This document shows, piece after piece, positions 38,614 through 48,105 of a stretch of DNA of 64,000 bases (its first letter is position 1; every line of letters starts with the position of its first letter). The notes under the pieces are model-generated. The model made no database searches, was not told the DNA's origin, and worked only from the letters and a program-made list of their open reading frames with translations. The position numbers and the translations under genes were made by a program. The stretch is from the sequence record SRR31156797_8254. One strand, given 5' to 3'.

Positions 38614-39020
38614 TGAGAGATGAAGTTATACAAGCTAATCTGGTAGGTTTTGCAAAAGGTTTGTTCAAGTTTCTTATCTCAGGATTGCCCTCTTTCATTA
38701 TTGCAATAGGTTTAAACTGGTTATTCGTATCCAATATGAGCCTCAATAAGTCTTTGGCTTATGCGATTGTTCTGATTATCCAGGTTACTATTAACTTCTT
38801 TATGTGTAAGTGGTTTGTATTTAAGGATAATAAGGAAAAGAGTGTTTTTATTCAATTTATTCAATTTATGTCAGGTATTATTGTATTCCGAGTATTGGAC
38901 TGGGCATGCTATAGTGTTCTAACGTCTCTACTCGATATTTACTATATCTGGATACAGCTATTCAATGTATTCTTTTTTTCGATATTCAAGTATTTATATT
39001 CAAAAAGGGTTATTGAGTAA
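38613..39020 (+). CDS. GtrA family flippase
   Basis: 135 aa, four TM helices, KFLISG and INFFMCKWFVF (GtrA NF...WVF motif). Confidence 0.8.
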   Translation: MRDEVIQANLVGFAKGLFKFLISGLPSFIIAIGLNWLFVSNMSLNKSLAYAIVLIIQVTINFFMCKWFVFKDNKEKSVFIQFIQFMSGIIVFRVLDWACYSVLTSLLDIYYIWIQLFNVFFFSIFKYLYSKRVIE

Positions 39021-39032
39021 GAAGATTAATCA

Positions 39033-39548
39033 ATGAAAAAAAATCTAATTTCCATAGCAATACTGATAATTCTATCTTTAAGCGTAGTTAAATATAGCAA
39101 TCTTAGTTGTTTTGAAGAAATCAATCGATATCGTGTGACCTCTAACGAATCCGTTTGGAAACTTACAAAACATGGAGATCTAGCCGCATATTCACAATTT
39201 ATACACACTCATCTATTTAATGATATAAATCCGAATCGAACGCTTTATGTTCCTGATAGAGAAAAAACCGATGTTCCTTTTGCCAGGAATTTCTGGTTGG
39301 GTGTTTCTCCTTTATATCTATTTCCGACAGAAGTAGACGTTCTAGAATATGATTTTCTTTTGACAGACCAGCAATTTTCTGATTTGAATCAATATACTAA
39401 AAAGTCATATTCTTATGGTAAGTGGACATATATAGCTATGGAAAATGAAACATTTAAGGATTCTACTAACTGGGGGATCTTTATCTATATACAGAAAGAG
39501 ACTGTTTATATCTTTACATTGCCATTTGAATTGTTAGGAACTGTATGA
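39033..39548 (+). CDS. Hypothetical exported or membrane-anchored protein
   Basis: N-terminal hydrophobic segment; packed into the operon; no family recognised. Confidence 0.55.
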   Translation: MKKNLISIAILIILSLSVVKYSNLSCFEEINRYRVTSNESVWKLTKHGDLAAYSQFIHTHLFNDINPNRTLYVPDREKTDVPFARNFWLGVSPLYLFPTEVDVLEYDFLLTDQQFSDLNQYTKKSYSYGKWTYIAMENETFKDSTNWGIFIYIQKETVYIFTLPFELLGTV

Positions 39549-41026
39549 ATATTATTAAGCAGTTAATGTTGAACTATTACGTACTCTTATTGGGTGCTAC
39601 TATTCTTTTAAATGTGAAATCTGTAAATAATGTACTAAGAACGATTGCTCTTTCTTGGCTTTTGGGATGGGTATACTTAGCATTTGCGAATATTGCTCTT
39701 GTGATGATTGGAGCTTTTTATGACTGGAAAGCTCTTTTATTAATTTCGATGATTCCTTTAGTCATAGCTTTCATAAACCCACAGGTGAATATTTCATTGT
39801 GTAAGACATTAGTAATCAGAGAACTTAAGGGAATTGGAATCTTTGTAATTATAATTTCTGTCATCACAGTTCTACTGGATTTTTGCTATTATTCACCTGA
39901 TTCTATAACCATTGAAGGTCTGAGTAGAATCTTCCACTTGTTCGGCAGATATGGATATACAGGATGTCGAGTCAACTACTGGATCTTTAATATAAGACCC
40001 CCATTTTTAATCTCTATTCAGAATATTGCATACATGATAGGGATTTCAGTTTATTCGTCCTTTTTCCCTATCACATCTTTGGTAATTCTTTCATTTCTAT
40101 TAAGTAAAGTGATAATTTATCGAGTGAATTCGGCATCCAAGGTAAAGATGATTTTTTTTCTTTTCATTACGTTCACTCTTTGTTTAAATCTCGTTTATCT
40201 ATTTCATAGTTTTTATAGTCTATCAAATATGTTAAATGCGGTATTATTCTCATCAGCCGTTTTGCTGTTAAATGAATATCGAAAGAGTAACTGTTATACT
40301 TCTTTCTTCATCGCCTGTATTTTTCTTGGAACTTCTTGCGTTTTAAGAAAGGAAATGTATGTATTCTCGATTATTCCTATAAGTATGTGCTTTATCGGTA
40401 AGAATGATTTTATATATAGGAAAATTCTTTTCGGAATGATATTATATATGATTACCGCTTATGCATGGCCTATTTGGGGAGAAATAAAGTTTGGTGACGT
40501 ATTTGAATTTGGAAATTCTTTATCAAGCGATAGCTCTCATGGTGGTAATATCATTCTCATCTTTACTTGCTTTTCATCATTAGCGATTTTTATTGCAGCA
40601 TCATTAATCGGGAAGTTAAGACTTCGGGATTATTTATCTTTAGTATTTTTACTGAATATAATAATTTTGGCCTTTTACTATAATGAATATTTTGTATCAT
40701 TCTTAAGACTGGTTAAATTAATGTTTATCTCAGGGAAATGGTATTTCTTCTGGTACATGATATTTGTTGTTTCTCCAATAGTCCTTATTTTAAAAAAACG
40801 AGTTGATCTTTTTGTTTCTAATTCATACCTACTCTTAAATATTCTTGTTTTTCTAATGTTTAGACTAATCCTTTATTCATTATATGATACTACATGGGAT
40901 GAACATTGGACCGATAGTGGAAATCGAGTACTGCTACATATATTTCCAGTCTGTTTGTTCTGGTTATTCTTAATAGTCAGTGACTTAAGTAACGAACTAG
41001 AGGATTCTATAAAAGAGACTTCTTAG
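39545..41026 (+). CDS. Polytopic membrane protein, candidate GT-C (GtrC-like) transferase
   Basis: About 12-13 TM segments, early loop SPDS, RPP, LRKE and a late GNRVLLHIFP motif; follows GtrB/GtrA-like genes. Confidence 0.5.
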   Translation: MNIIKQLMLNYYVLLLGATILLNVKSVNNVLRTIALSWLLGWVYLAFANIALVMIGAFYDWKALLLISMIPLVIAFINPQVNISLCKTLVIRELKGIGIFVIIISVITVLLDFCYYSPDSITIEGLSRIFHLFGRYGYTGCRVNYWIFNIRPPFLISIQNIAYMIGISVYSSFFPITSLVILSFLLSKVIIYRVNSASKVKMIFFLFITFTLCLNLVYLFHSFYSLSNMLNAVLFSSAVLLLNEYRKSNCYTSFFIACIFLGTSCVLRKEMYVFSIIPISMCFIGKNDFIYRKILFGMILYMITAYAWPIWGEIKFGDVFEFGNSLSSDSSHGGNIILIFTCFSSLAIFIAASLIGKLRLRDYLSLVFLLNIIILAFYYNEYFVSFLRLVKLMFISGKWYFFWYMIFVVSPIVLILKKRVDLFVSNSYLLLNILVFLMFRLILYSLYDTTWDEHWTDSGNRVLLHIFPVCLFWLFLIVSDLSNELEDSIKETS

Positions 41027-41085
41027 TTTGTTTTAACCATGATCATTAAAATCTCATTACAGATAATACAAAAATGGAGTTCTCT

Positions 41086-41676
41086 ATGATTAAAATTATT
41101 CACCGTATTAATACAATTAAAGAACTGAGAAGTGTAAATACTGAATATGGAGTTGAAATTGATATAAGGACATATGGGGATGAACTGATATTATCACATG
41201 ATCCCTTTTCTAGTGGTGAAAGTTTCGATAAATGGTTGGATGAGTTCAATCACAGTTTTATTATACTTAATGTAAAAGAAGAAGGAATTGAAGCTCGTAT
41301 TATTGATCTTCTAAAAAAGTACAAGATTGAAAACTATTTCTTTTTGGACTTGTCATATCCTTTTCTTATTAAAACAATTAATGGTGGAGAAAAAAAATGC
41401 TCTGCAAGATATTCTATCTATGAAGATATTAATACAGTTATAAATCTATCTGAAAAATTAGACTGGGTTTGGATTGATACAATTGAAAAGTTTTCATTAA
41501 CGAAAGCTGACTATAAGCAAATGAAGCATAGTGGACTCAAGCTTTGTTTGGTTTCACCTGAACTAATTGATCTAAATAGAGTGAGTGAGATTCCAAAAAT
41601 TAAAGATATTTGTAGAAAGGACGATATCGTCTTTGACGCTGTTTGTACAAAAAAAGCTGAATATTGGGAGAGTTGA
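41086..41676 (+). CDS. Glycerophosphodiester phosphodiesterase (GDPD)-like protein
   Basis: HRIN, GVEIDIR, LSHDP, LNVKEEG, WVWID, LVSPEL, VCTK. ATG 41086 with GGAG SD. Confidence 0.75.
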   Translation: MIKIIHRINTIKELRSVNTEYGVEIDIRTYGDELILSHDPFSSGESFDKWLDEFNHSFIILNVKEEGIEARIIDLLKKYKIENYFFLDLSYPFLIKTINGGEKKCSARYSIYEDINTVINLSEKLDWVWIDTIEKFSLTKADYKQMKHSGLKLCLVSPELIDLNRVSEIPKIKDICRKDDIVFDAVCTKKAEYWES

Positions 41677-41681
41677 ATTAT

Positions 41682-44600
41682 ATGTATGAAACTTTTTTAG
41701 CAGAACTCTTTGTTAAGAGTAAAATAAAAGAATTAGTTGAAAGAAACAAAGATTCCATAACCATAATTGGTATTGATGGCCCAACAGCTGTTGGTAAAAC
41801 AATCTTTGCAAATCATATAGTCGATATTCTCAGTGATTCAGGTTTTGACGTTTGGTGTTATGGATTAGATTGGACATTAAGAGATCGTAGGGATAGAGTT
41901 CATGATTTAGAAAACTTAAAAAATAAGAATGTGGAATTTTGTTTGGAAGCAGAATTACATATGGACATGACAAGGGTTCAGGATTTTTTACAAAAAGTAT
42001 CTGACTATAAATACAATGCTGAAGATGGTGAAGTAAGAGAGATTTCACTTGAAAACTTATATTCTAGAGAAAATGGTGGTACATGTACTGGTTCATCATC
42101 ATGCACACTTAAAAAGGGAAAGGTAATCCTTTTAGAGGGTCATTATACTTTAAGAGAGAAAATAGATGAACACATAGACTTGAATATTCTATTATTAGCA
42201 GAATCTGAAGAACTAATAAATAGAAAAATTGATCGTGTAAAAAATTATAGATCACCTGATGAGGCCATCGATTACTATTGGAGAGTCGATTTGCCTTCTA
42301 TTAGGTTCCATCTTGAACGATATTGGCATAATGCTGATTTTATTGTTGATAATACTGACTGCAAAAAACCTAGGGTAATGGATAAAAGTTTTATTTCAAA
42401 ATGGTTAACAAGAAATAAAACTAAATATAATCAAAGTAATTTGCAACTCAATGAGTTGAGTTCTAAAAACATTTTTGATTTTATTTTCTCTTCTTCAATT
42501 ATGCTTACTAATGATTTATCTAGTGTAATAAACGATGCTTTTGCCATGGTAATGGATATTGATAAAACAATCGGTAATTATTTTAGATTAGCAATACAAG
42601 ATATTGAAGAGGATCTGAGTTTCAAATTGCTTAATGTGGTAAATCTTTTTAATAAAAAAAATAAGAATGCTTCAATTGTTATAGAATATACAAATTCTTT
42701 CCAAAATGTATATTTTCGTAGATTGCCGGTAGCTGTGGGTCTCTCAGTAAAATGTAATGAATATAATTTCAAAATATTGGGAGAATCAAGGAACAAGAAT
42801 TTAAATGTCATTTTCTCTTGGGAAGGAGGTATTCACAATTTTTCAATTCAAAGAGAGATTGGTTCAATAGACAATTATGATGTAGATAATAAGATAAAAA
42901 TCATTAAAAATAAAGATTTAACGGATAATGAATATAAGGTGTGGATACCGACAGATTATTTCATTCCATCATTCTTCAAAGACAAAAGCTATAAGTCTGA
43001 TATCATATTTAGTGGGTTTGAAGACAAGTCGATTACTGCTTCAGAAATTATATTACAAGTTTTCCACAGTAAAAAGTTTTTATGGATTCATAGATTCCCG
43101 AAACATGCAAGTGTAAGATTTTTCATGCAATTGATTGAGCAACTTGGTGCACAGTCGGTTAAAGTTGGAAGCTATCTAATAGTTTTTAAATCAAAAGATG
43201 GTAAGAGTATTGATGATTTTTCTTTGTTTCGAAATAAGTGGAAGTTAGAACCATATGACCATTCAGGTACTATTCTAGATGAGATTAAATATGACGATAT
43301 TATCGAGAATGATAGAAACTATATTAGTACATATGTGAAGAGAAACTGTAAAAGCCTCTATGTATTGGATAGTTATTTATTTAGTAATATTCGTATTTAT
43401 GATGAAAAATGGAATGATGTAGTTTCTGAGATACTTAAAATGCTCCATTCTAATCATAGATTACTAAGAAAAAGAGCCATTGAATTTATAAAACAGGTAC
43501 ATCCTGGTATGCAACTTCGAACAGAGAAAATTTGGGATCTTGGTACAGAAGTAAAGCAAAGATTAATAACTCTTGATGAGTTAGATAGCGTTTATCCTTC
43601 AATATTATCGGAAGCGATCTTATGGAGTTCTATTAGAGAGGAACGGTCAGCATGTTTATGTATTAATACCTATGATATGAGAAATGGAGAATCTCTAGAT
43701 GCATTGGCTCATATTATCACTTCTTCAGAACAAAACATTCCAATAGTATTGCAATCATCCTTAGAAAAAATAAACTTAGAAAGTAATAATGAATATAATA
43801 GTGCTAATATTAATAAGCTTACTAGGGATTATGTTAAAGTTATTTCTAATATGGCTAAAAAAGCTTTTTTACTAAATTGTGAACTGCCTTTATATGGGAT
43901 AGGAATTAATCTTGCGGATAATGAAAGTTTGTCTGGAAAAGTTAAAAATATCATGGGATGTGAGTCTTTTTATGATGAGCTTATTACGTATCAAGTATCG
44001 GAAAATAGTGATATAATAAATGAAGATAAGAGTATAATAAATTGCTCTACACCAGACTCTAGCAATAAACGTAGAAGCTATATCTATGATAAAAAGGTTG
44101 TATATAAACAAAATTTTAAAAGTTTGAATAACTTAAATAATGTTGAAGTATTCATCAAGAAGTTCAGAAATCACTTTAGAATAAGTGAAGCGGGAGAAAA
44201 TAATACACGGCCTAAATTTATATCAATTGGATTTAAAGAGAATCAAAATGAAGTTAATAGTATGATTGATTTAAGCCGTATAAATAATGATATTCATAAA
44301 TACAATTATATAGTTACAGACTCAATAAACCAACTACGATTTGAGCCAATAAGTGGAGAATCAATGCAAGATGGTTCATATAATACCTCTGCTATTGATG
44401 ATTTAACTGTAGTATCTTCGTCTATGCCTAAAAATTTTAAGAATCGGATTAATGAAAATCAATCAGATTCCTTGTCTCTCGTTAAATGTATAAGAGAGGA
44501 AATTTCAAATCTTATTGATGAACAGCGTGAGGAATTTGTAAAGAAAATTACGACTTTTGATTCTGTAGTTTTTAGCAATTCTAAGTCCACTTCTTTGAAG

Positions 44601-45452
44601 AAGCATGACTTAAATTACTTTAAATATAAGTTTCACAAGTATTCTGATTTAGAAAAGAAAGAAATTGAATATAGTCTGTTACAATTAGCAGAAGAAAAAA
44701 AAGTTATAGAAGAACGAAAAGCATTACTACCGAATATCGGATGGCAGTTTTCTTCGTCAATGATTGAAGTACCTTATGATGATAAATATGAAGATGTAGT
44801 CGATCAAATTATATCCAATGATATAAATTATTTTCATATTGATGTTGGTGATGGTGAGTTCATCTCTCGAGAATTTTCTGGCTTGAGAAAAGCAAGTTAT
44901 ATAAGTAATTTGAAAAAGGATATTCATTTACATGCACATCTGATGGTTAAGGATCCACATGTTATCCGGGATTCAAGGCATTCAATTATTCAGCAGTATA
45001 TAGAAGCTGGTTGTGAGGCAGTAGCGATCCACTTAAGAGCTTTCTCTTCAATTGAAGGATTTGATGATGCAGTAACTCAAATAAAAGAAATGGATAAACG
45101 TGTCGGATTAATCATTGAATTAGATACTTCAATAGATTCAAGCCTTTTTAGTTTATTACTTAAATATGAGATCGATTGGGTAGTTGTAATGGGTGTCGTA
45201 GTCGGTTACGGCGGACAGGTATTCAATACTGATACATTAAGTAGGATAGCTCAGCTTAATGATTGGGCAAGCCGCAATAAATATCCTTTACTTATTGAAG
45301 TAGATGGCGGTATGACTATAGAAAATATTAGGTTATGCAAAAAGCATGGTGCTCAAGTTTTTGCGGGATGGTCTGTGGTGAAATCTGATACAAGTGAAAA
45401 GATGATTGAAAAAATAAAATGTATCAACGAGGTGTTGAATGAGAAAAACTAA
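41682..45452 (+). CDS. Multidomain fusion: uridine-kinase/PRK-like P-loop domain, unknown domain, degenerate class-II aldolase-like region, ribulose-phosphate 3-epimerase
   Basis: IIGIDGPTAVGKT and LLEGHY at the N-terminus; INTYD...PIVLQSS...YGIG in the middle; HIDVGDG, HAHLMV, MGV.VGYGGQ and IEVDGG at the C-terminus. Confidence 0.75.
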   Translation: MYETFLAELFVKSKIKELVERNKDSITIIGIDGPTAVGKTIFANHIVDILSDSGFDVWCYGLDWTLRDRRDRVHDLENLKNKNVEFCLEAELHMDMTRVQDFLQKVSDYKYNAEDGEVREISLENLYSRENGGTCTGSSSCTLKKGKVILLEGHYTLREKIDEHIDLNILLLAESEELINRKIDRVKNYRSPDEAIDYYWRVDLPSIRFHLERYWHNADFIVDNTDCKKPRVMDKSFISKWLTRNKTKYNQSNLQLNELSSKNIFDFIFSSSIMLTNDLSSVINDAFAMVMDIDKTIGNYFRLAIQDIEEDLSFKLLNVVNLFNKKNKNASIVIEYTNSFQNVYFRRLPVAVGLSVKCNEYNFKILGESRNKNLNVIFSWEGGIHNFSIQREIGSIDNYDVDNKIKIIKNKDLTDNEYKVWIPTDYFIPSFFKDKSYKSDIIFSGFEDKSITASEIILQVFHSKKFLWIHRFPKHASVRFFMQLIEQLGAQSVKVGSYLIVFKSKDGKSIDDFSLFRNKWKLEPYDHSGTILDEIKYDDIIENDRNYISTYVKRNCKSLYVLDSYLFSNIRIYDEKWNDVVSEILKMLHSNHRLLRKRAIEFIKQVHPGMQLRTEKIWDLGTEVKQRLITLDELDSVYPSILSEAILWSSIREERSACLCINTYDMRNGESLDALAHIITSSEQNIPIVLQSSLEKINLESNNEYNSANINKLTRDYVKVISNMAKKAFLLNCELPLYGIGINLADNESLSGKVKNIMGCESFYDELITYQVSENSDIINEDKSIINCSTPDSSNKRRSYIYDKKVVYKQNFKSLNNLNNVEVFIKKFRNHFRISEAGENNTRPKFISIGFKENQNEVNSMIDLSRINNDIHKYNYIVTDSINQLRFEPISGESMQDGSYNTSAIDDLTVVSSSMPKNFKNRINENQSDSLSLVKCIREEISNLIDEQREEFVKKITTFDSVVFSNSKSTSLKKHDLNYFKYKFHKYSDLEKKEIEYSLLQLAEEKKVIEERKALLPNIGWQFSSSMIEVPYDDKYEDVVDQIISNDINYFHIDVGDGEFISREFSGLRKASYISNLKKDIHLHAHLMVKDPHVIRDSRHSIIQQYIEAGCEAVAIHLRAFSSIEGFDDAVTQIKEMDKRVGLIIELDTSIDSSLFSLLLKYEIDWVVVMGVVVGYGGQVFNTDTLSRIAQLNDWASRNKYPLLIEVDGGMTIENIRLCKKHGAQVFAGWSVVKSDTSEKMIEKIKCINEVLNEKN

Positions 45453-46938
45453 TGTAATTATACCCTTAGGTGGGATTGGAAAGAGATTTAAGAAGGCTGG
45501 ATATGAGGTTTTCAAACCCTTTATTGAAATCGATGATAAATATATGATTGATTATGTCTTGGAACCGTTTCCGATCAACTTAAAGAAATATATTATAACT
45601 GTCAAAGATTTTTTGGATGTTAAACAGATAAAGTATCTCGAAGAAAAAAACTGTGAGATACTTTATATTGAACAGCATACTAAAGGACCCGCATATTCCA
45701 TTTATCAAGCTAAAGAAATGCTTCCACTTGATGAAAGTTTTTTTATTGCTTATACAGATATTTATTGGACATGGAATTGGAGTGATGTCGAGAAAGAATT
45801 GGAACGTGATGGAATCGTTTTTACACATAGTGAGTTCCATCCACACTTAATAGAGAATAATTACTCTGCATTCTGTTTAGCAGATAAAAGTAATAATTCA
45901 ATTTTAAAGGAAATAAAAGAGAAATCGTCTTTTACAGATAATTGGATGAATGAACCTCTTTCTATAGGTACATTTTATATCAAAAATGGCTACTCAATGA
46001 TTGAAAGCATTGGGCTTTTAATTGAAAACAAACTAAAAGTAAGTAATGAATATTTTCCATCATTGATGTACAATTATTTGTTACAAAAAAAAGATGAAAT
46101 CTATCTAATGGATGTTAATTTTTTCATCCATTGGGGGATTCCTGAACAGCTTGAGGATTTTCTGCATTGGAAAACTGTTATAGAGAGCAGTAATGCAATT
46201 TCTAAAAATGTGTCTATTCCAGAGATTAGTAAAAATGTAGTTACAATGGCAGGTCTCGGTAATCGAATGCTTGGAATTGATACAAAACCAAAAGCACTTA
46301 TTCCTATTCATGGAAAACCTATGTATCAATTTGTAACTGAAAAATTCAAATGTGATGATGTAATAATTATAACTACTCAAAAAATTGCAGAAAGCTTAAA
46401 TAGAAATGATTCATTGTTTATTCTTAAGGATCAAACTTCGTCTCAGTATGAAACAATTATGAAGTCTTCTCGAGTCTTTGAAGGTCTTAATAACTTTTTG
46501 CTTACATCATGCGATGCATATGGGATTTTCGATCAGAATAAGTTAAGTGACTTTATTAAAAAGAATAGACCTGATGCTATTATTTTTTCCTTTACTCCAA
46601 CGCTCACGCAAAAAAAACTTGGAATACACCATACACATATCACAGTAGATGGAAATAAAGTTACAAATGTACATATAAAAAGTAAATCAAGTGAAAGCGA
46701 TTTAGGATTGGCTGGCTTCTTTTGGGTAAGAGATGGTAATTCAATCATCAATGTCAACATTGATGATTTTGAGTTAGATAATGAGCTGTGTGCCGATCAT
46801 ATTTTCAAAGAACTCGTTAAATTACATAAGAATGTTTTACACTTTAAACTTGATAATTATATTCATATTGGGACTTCCAATGAGTTCAAAGAATTTATGT
46901 ATTGGGATAGTAAACGTAAGCATCTGGATAAAAAATGA
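45439..46938 (+). CDS. Tandem BcbE-like nucleotidyltransferase (two NTP-transferase domains)
   Basis: Domain 1: IIPLGGIGKRF..AGY...KP to HWGIPEQLE. Domain 2: VVTMAGLGNRM...PKALI to HIGTSNEF. Confidence 0.8.
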   Translation: MRKTNVIIPLGGIGKRFKKAGYEVFKPFIEIDDKYMIDYVLEPFPINLKKYIITVKDFLDVKQIKYLEEKNCEILYIEQHTKGPAYSIYQAKEMLPLDESFFIAYTDIYWTWNWSDVEKELERDGIVFTHSEFHPHLIENNYSAFCLADKSNNSILKEIKEKSSFTDNWMNEPLSIGTFYIKNGYSMIESIGLLIENKLKVSNEYFPSLMYNYLLQKKDEIYLMDVNFFIHWGIPEQLEDFLHWKTVIESSNAISKNVSIPEISKNVVTMAGLGNRMLGIDTKPKALIPIHGKPMYQFVTEKFKCDDVIIITTQKIAESLNRNDSLFILKDQTSSQYETIMKSSRVFEGLNNFLLTSCDAYGIFDQNKLSDFIKKNRPDAIIFSFTPTLTQKKLGIHHTHITVDGNKVTNVHIKSKSSESDLGLAGFFWVRDGNSIINVNIDDFELDNELCADHIFKELVKLHKNVLHFKLDNYIHIGTSNEFKEFMYWDSKRKHLDKK

Positions 46939-48095
46939 TTAAAATAAACCTAAATGGTGTTAGTACGTTTATTTTTTTGATGTTATCAACTTCATTAAAA
47001 AGATTAAGTAAAAAAGATAAAACTATCACTATTGAAAAAGTATATGACCAAGATAATTATATCCTAGATGAGCCAATGAATTCCATCGGAAACGCGCCTG
47101 TTTCATTAGAAATGTGCTTTGGAAAATATACGTCTCCTGAAATTTTTTCATATACATTAAAGAATCCTATTGTATTCTCTAAGATGGGAATAGTTTATCA
47201 TAATAGAAGATTCTTAATTGACAATATTCGCTCTGAGTATTCCTATGAATCAGAATGGTTTTTTAAAAAATTGAAAAAAAACTTTCTATTTCAATATAAA
47301 AAATTTTTGAAAAGTGATCCAATTCCTTTCAGATTTTTATATAGGTTTTTTAGTAAAACTAATTTTGTTTCTGGTACAACATTATTGTTAGTCAGTAAGA
47401 ATAGTAGAGGTTATTGTCACTGGATTCTTGAAGAGTTACCAAAATTAAAATTATTATATGAAAAAAAAATGAAATCTATAAATCTTTTAGTTGATCAAAA
47501 TATACCAGAATGGAAAAGAGAAAGTTTAGAAGTATTAGGTTTTATAGATAATATTATTCAAATGAATTCAAGTAAAATGAGATTTGAAAACTTGATAGTA
47601 ATTGATAATCTTTCTGATGTTAATAATACTTTACATAATAAACCAATCTATTGGTTGAATAACTTTTTTTTAAATTATAGAACAAAGGAAGAATATAACT
47701 ATAAAAAAATCTATATTTCCAGACAAAAAGCAAATTATCGAAAGATTCTTAATTCTAGTGAAGTTGAAGAAGTCGTAATAAAAAATGGATTTCAGATTGT
47801 CTATCTTGAGGATTATTCAATTGAAGAAAAAATAAATATGTTTAAAGGTGCAAAAATAATACTTGCTCCACATGGTGCAGGATTAACGCATTTAGTTATG
47901 TCGAAAAATGTTAAAGTTATCGAAATATTACCTGAAAAGCTTCACTTTACCCATCACTATTATGTATTGTCATGTATATTGGGTCACAATTATAATTTTA
48001 TGACAGCCCCTCTTATATCAACAGGTAATGATTATGGTAGAGGTGATTATTTTGTTAATATTGAATCTCTGAAAAAGCTAATAAAGATAAGTTGA
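46935..48095 (+). CDS. Glycosyltransferase family 61 (DUF563)
   Basis: YCHWILEELP, KIYISR...R.ILN, ILAPHGAGLTHL, VIEI. Confidence 0.85.
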   Translation: MIKINLNGVSTFIFLMLSTSLKRLSKKDKTITIEKVYDQDNYILDEPMNSIGNAPVSLEMCFGKYTSPEIFSYTLKNPIVFSKMGIVYHNRRFLIDNIRSEYSYESEWFFKKLKKNFLFQYKKFLKSDPIPFRFLYRFFSKTNFVSGTTLLLVSKNSRGYCHWILEELPKLKLLYEKKMKSINLLVDQNIPEWKRESLEVLGFIDNIIQMNSSKMRFENLIVIDNLSDVNNTLHNKPIYWLNNFFLNYRTKEEYNYKKIYISRQKANYRKILNSSEVEEVVIKNGFQIVYLEDYSIEEKINMFKGAKIILAPHGAGLTHLVMSKNVKVIEILPEKLHFTHHYYVLSCILGHNYNFMTAPLISTGNDYGRGDYFVNIESLKKLIKIS

Positions 48096-48105
48096 AAACT
48101 AAATA

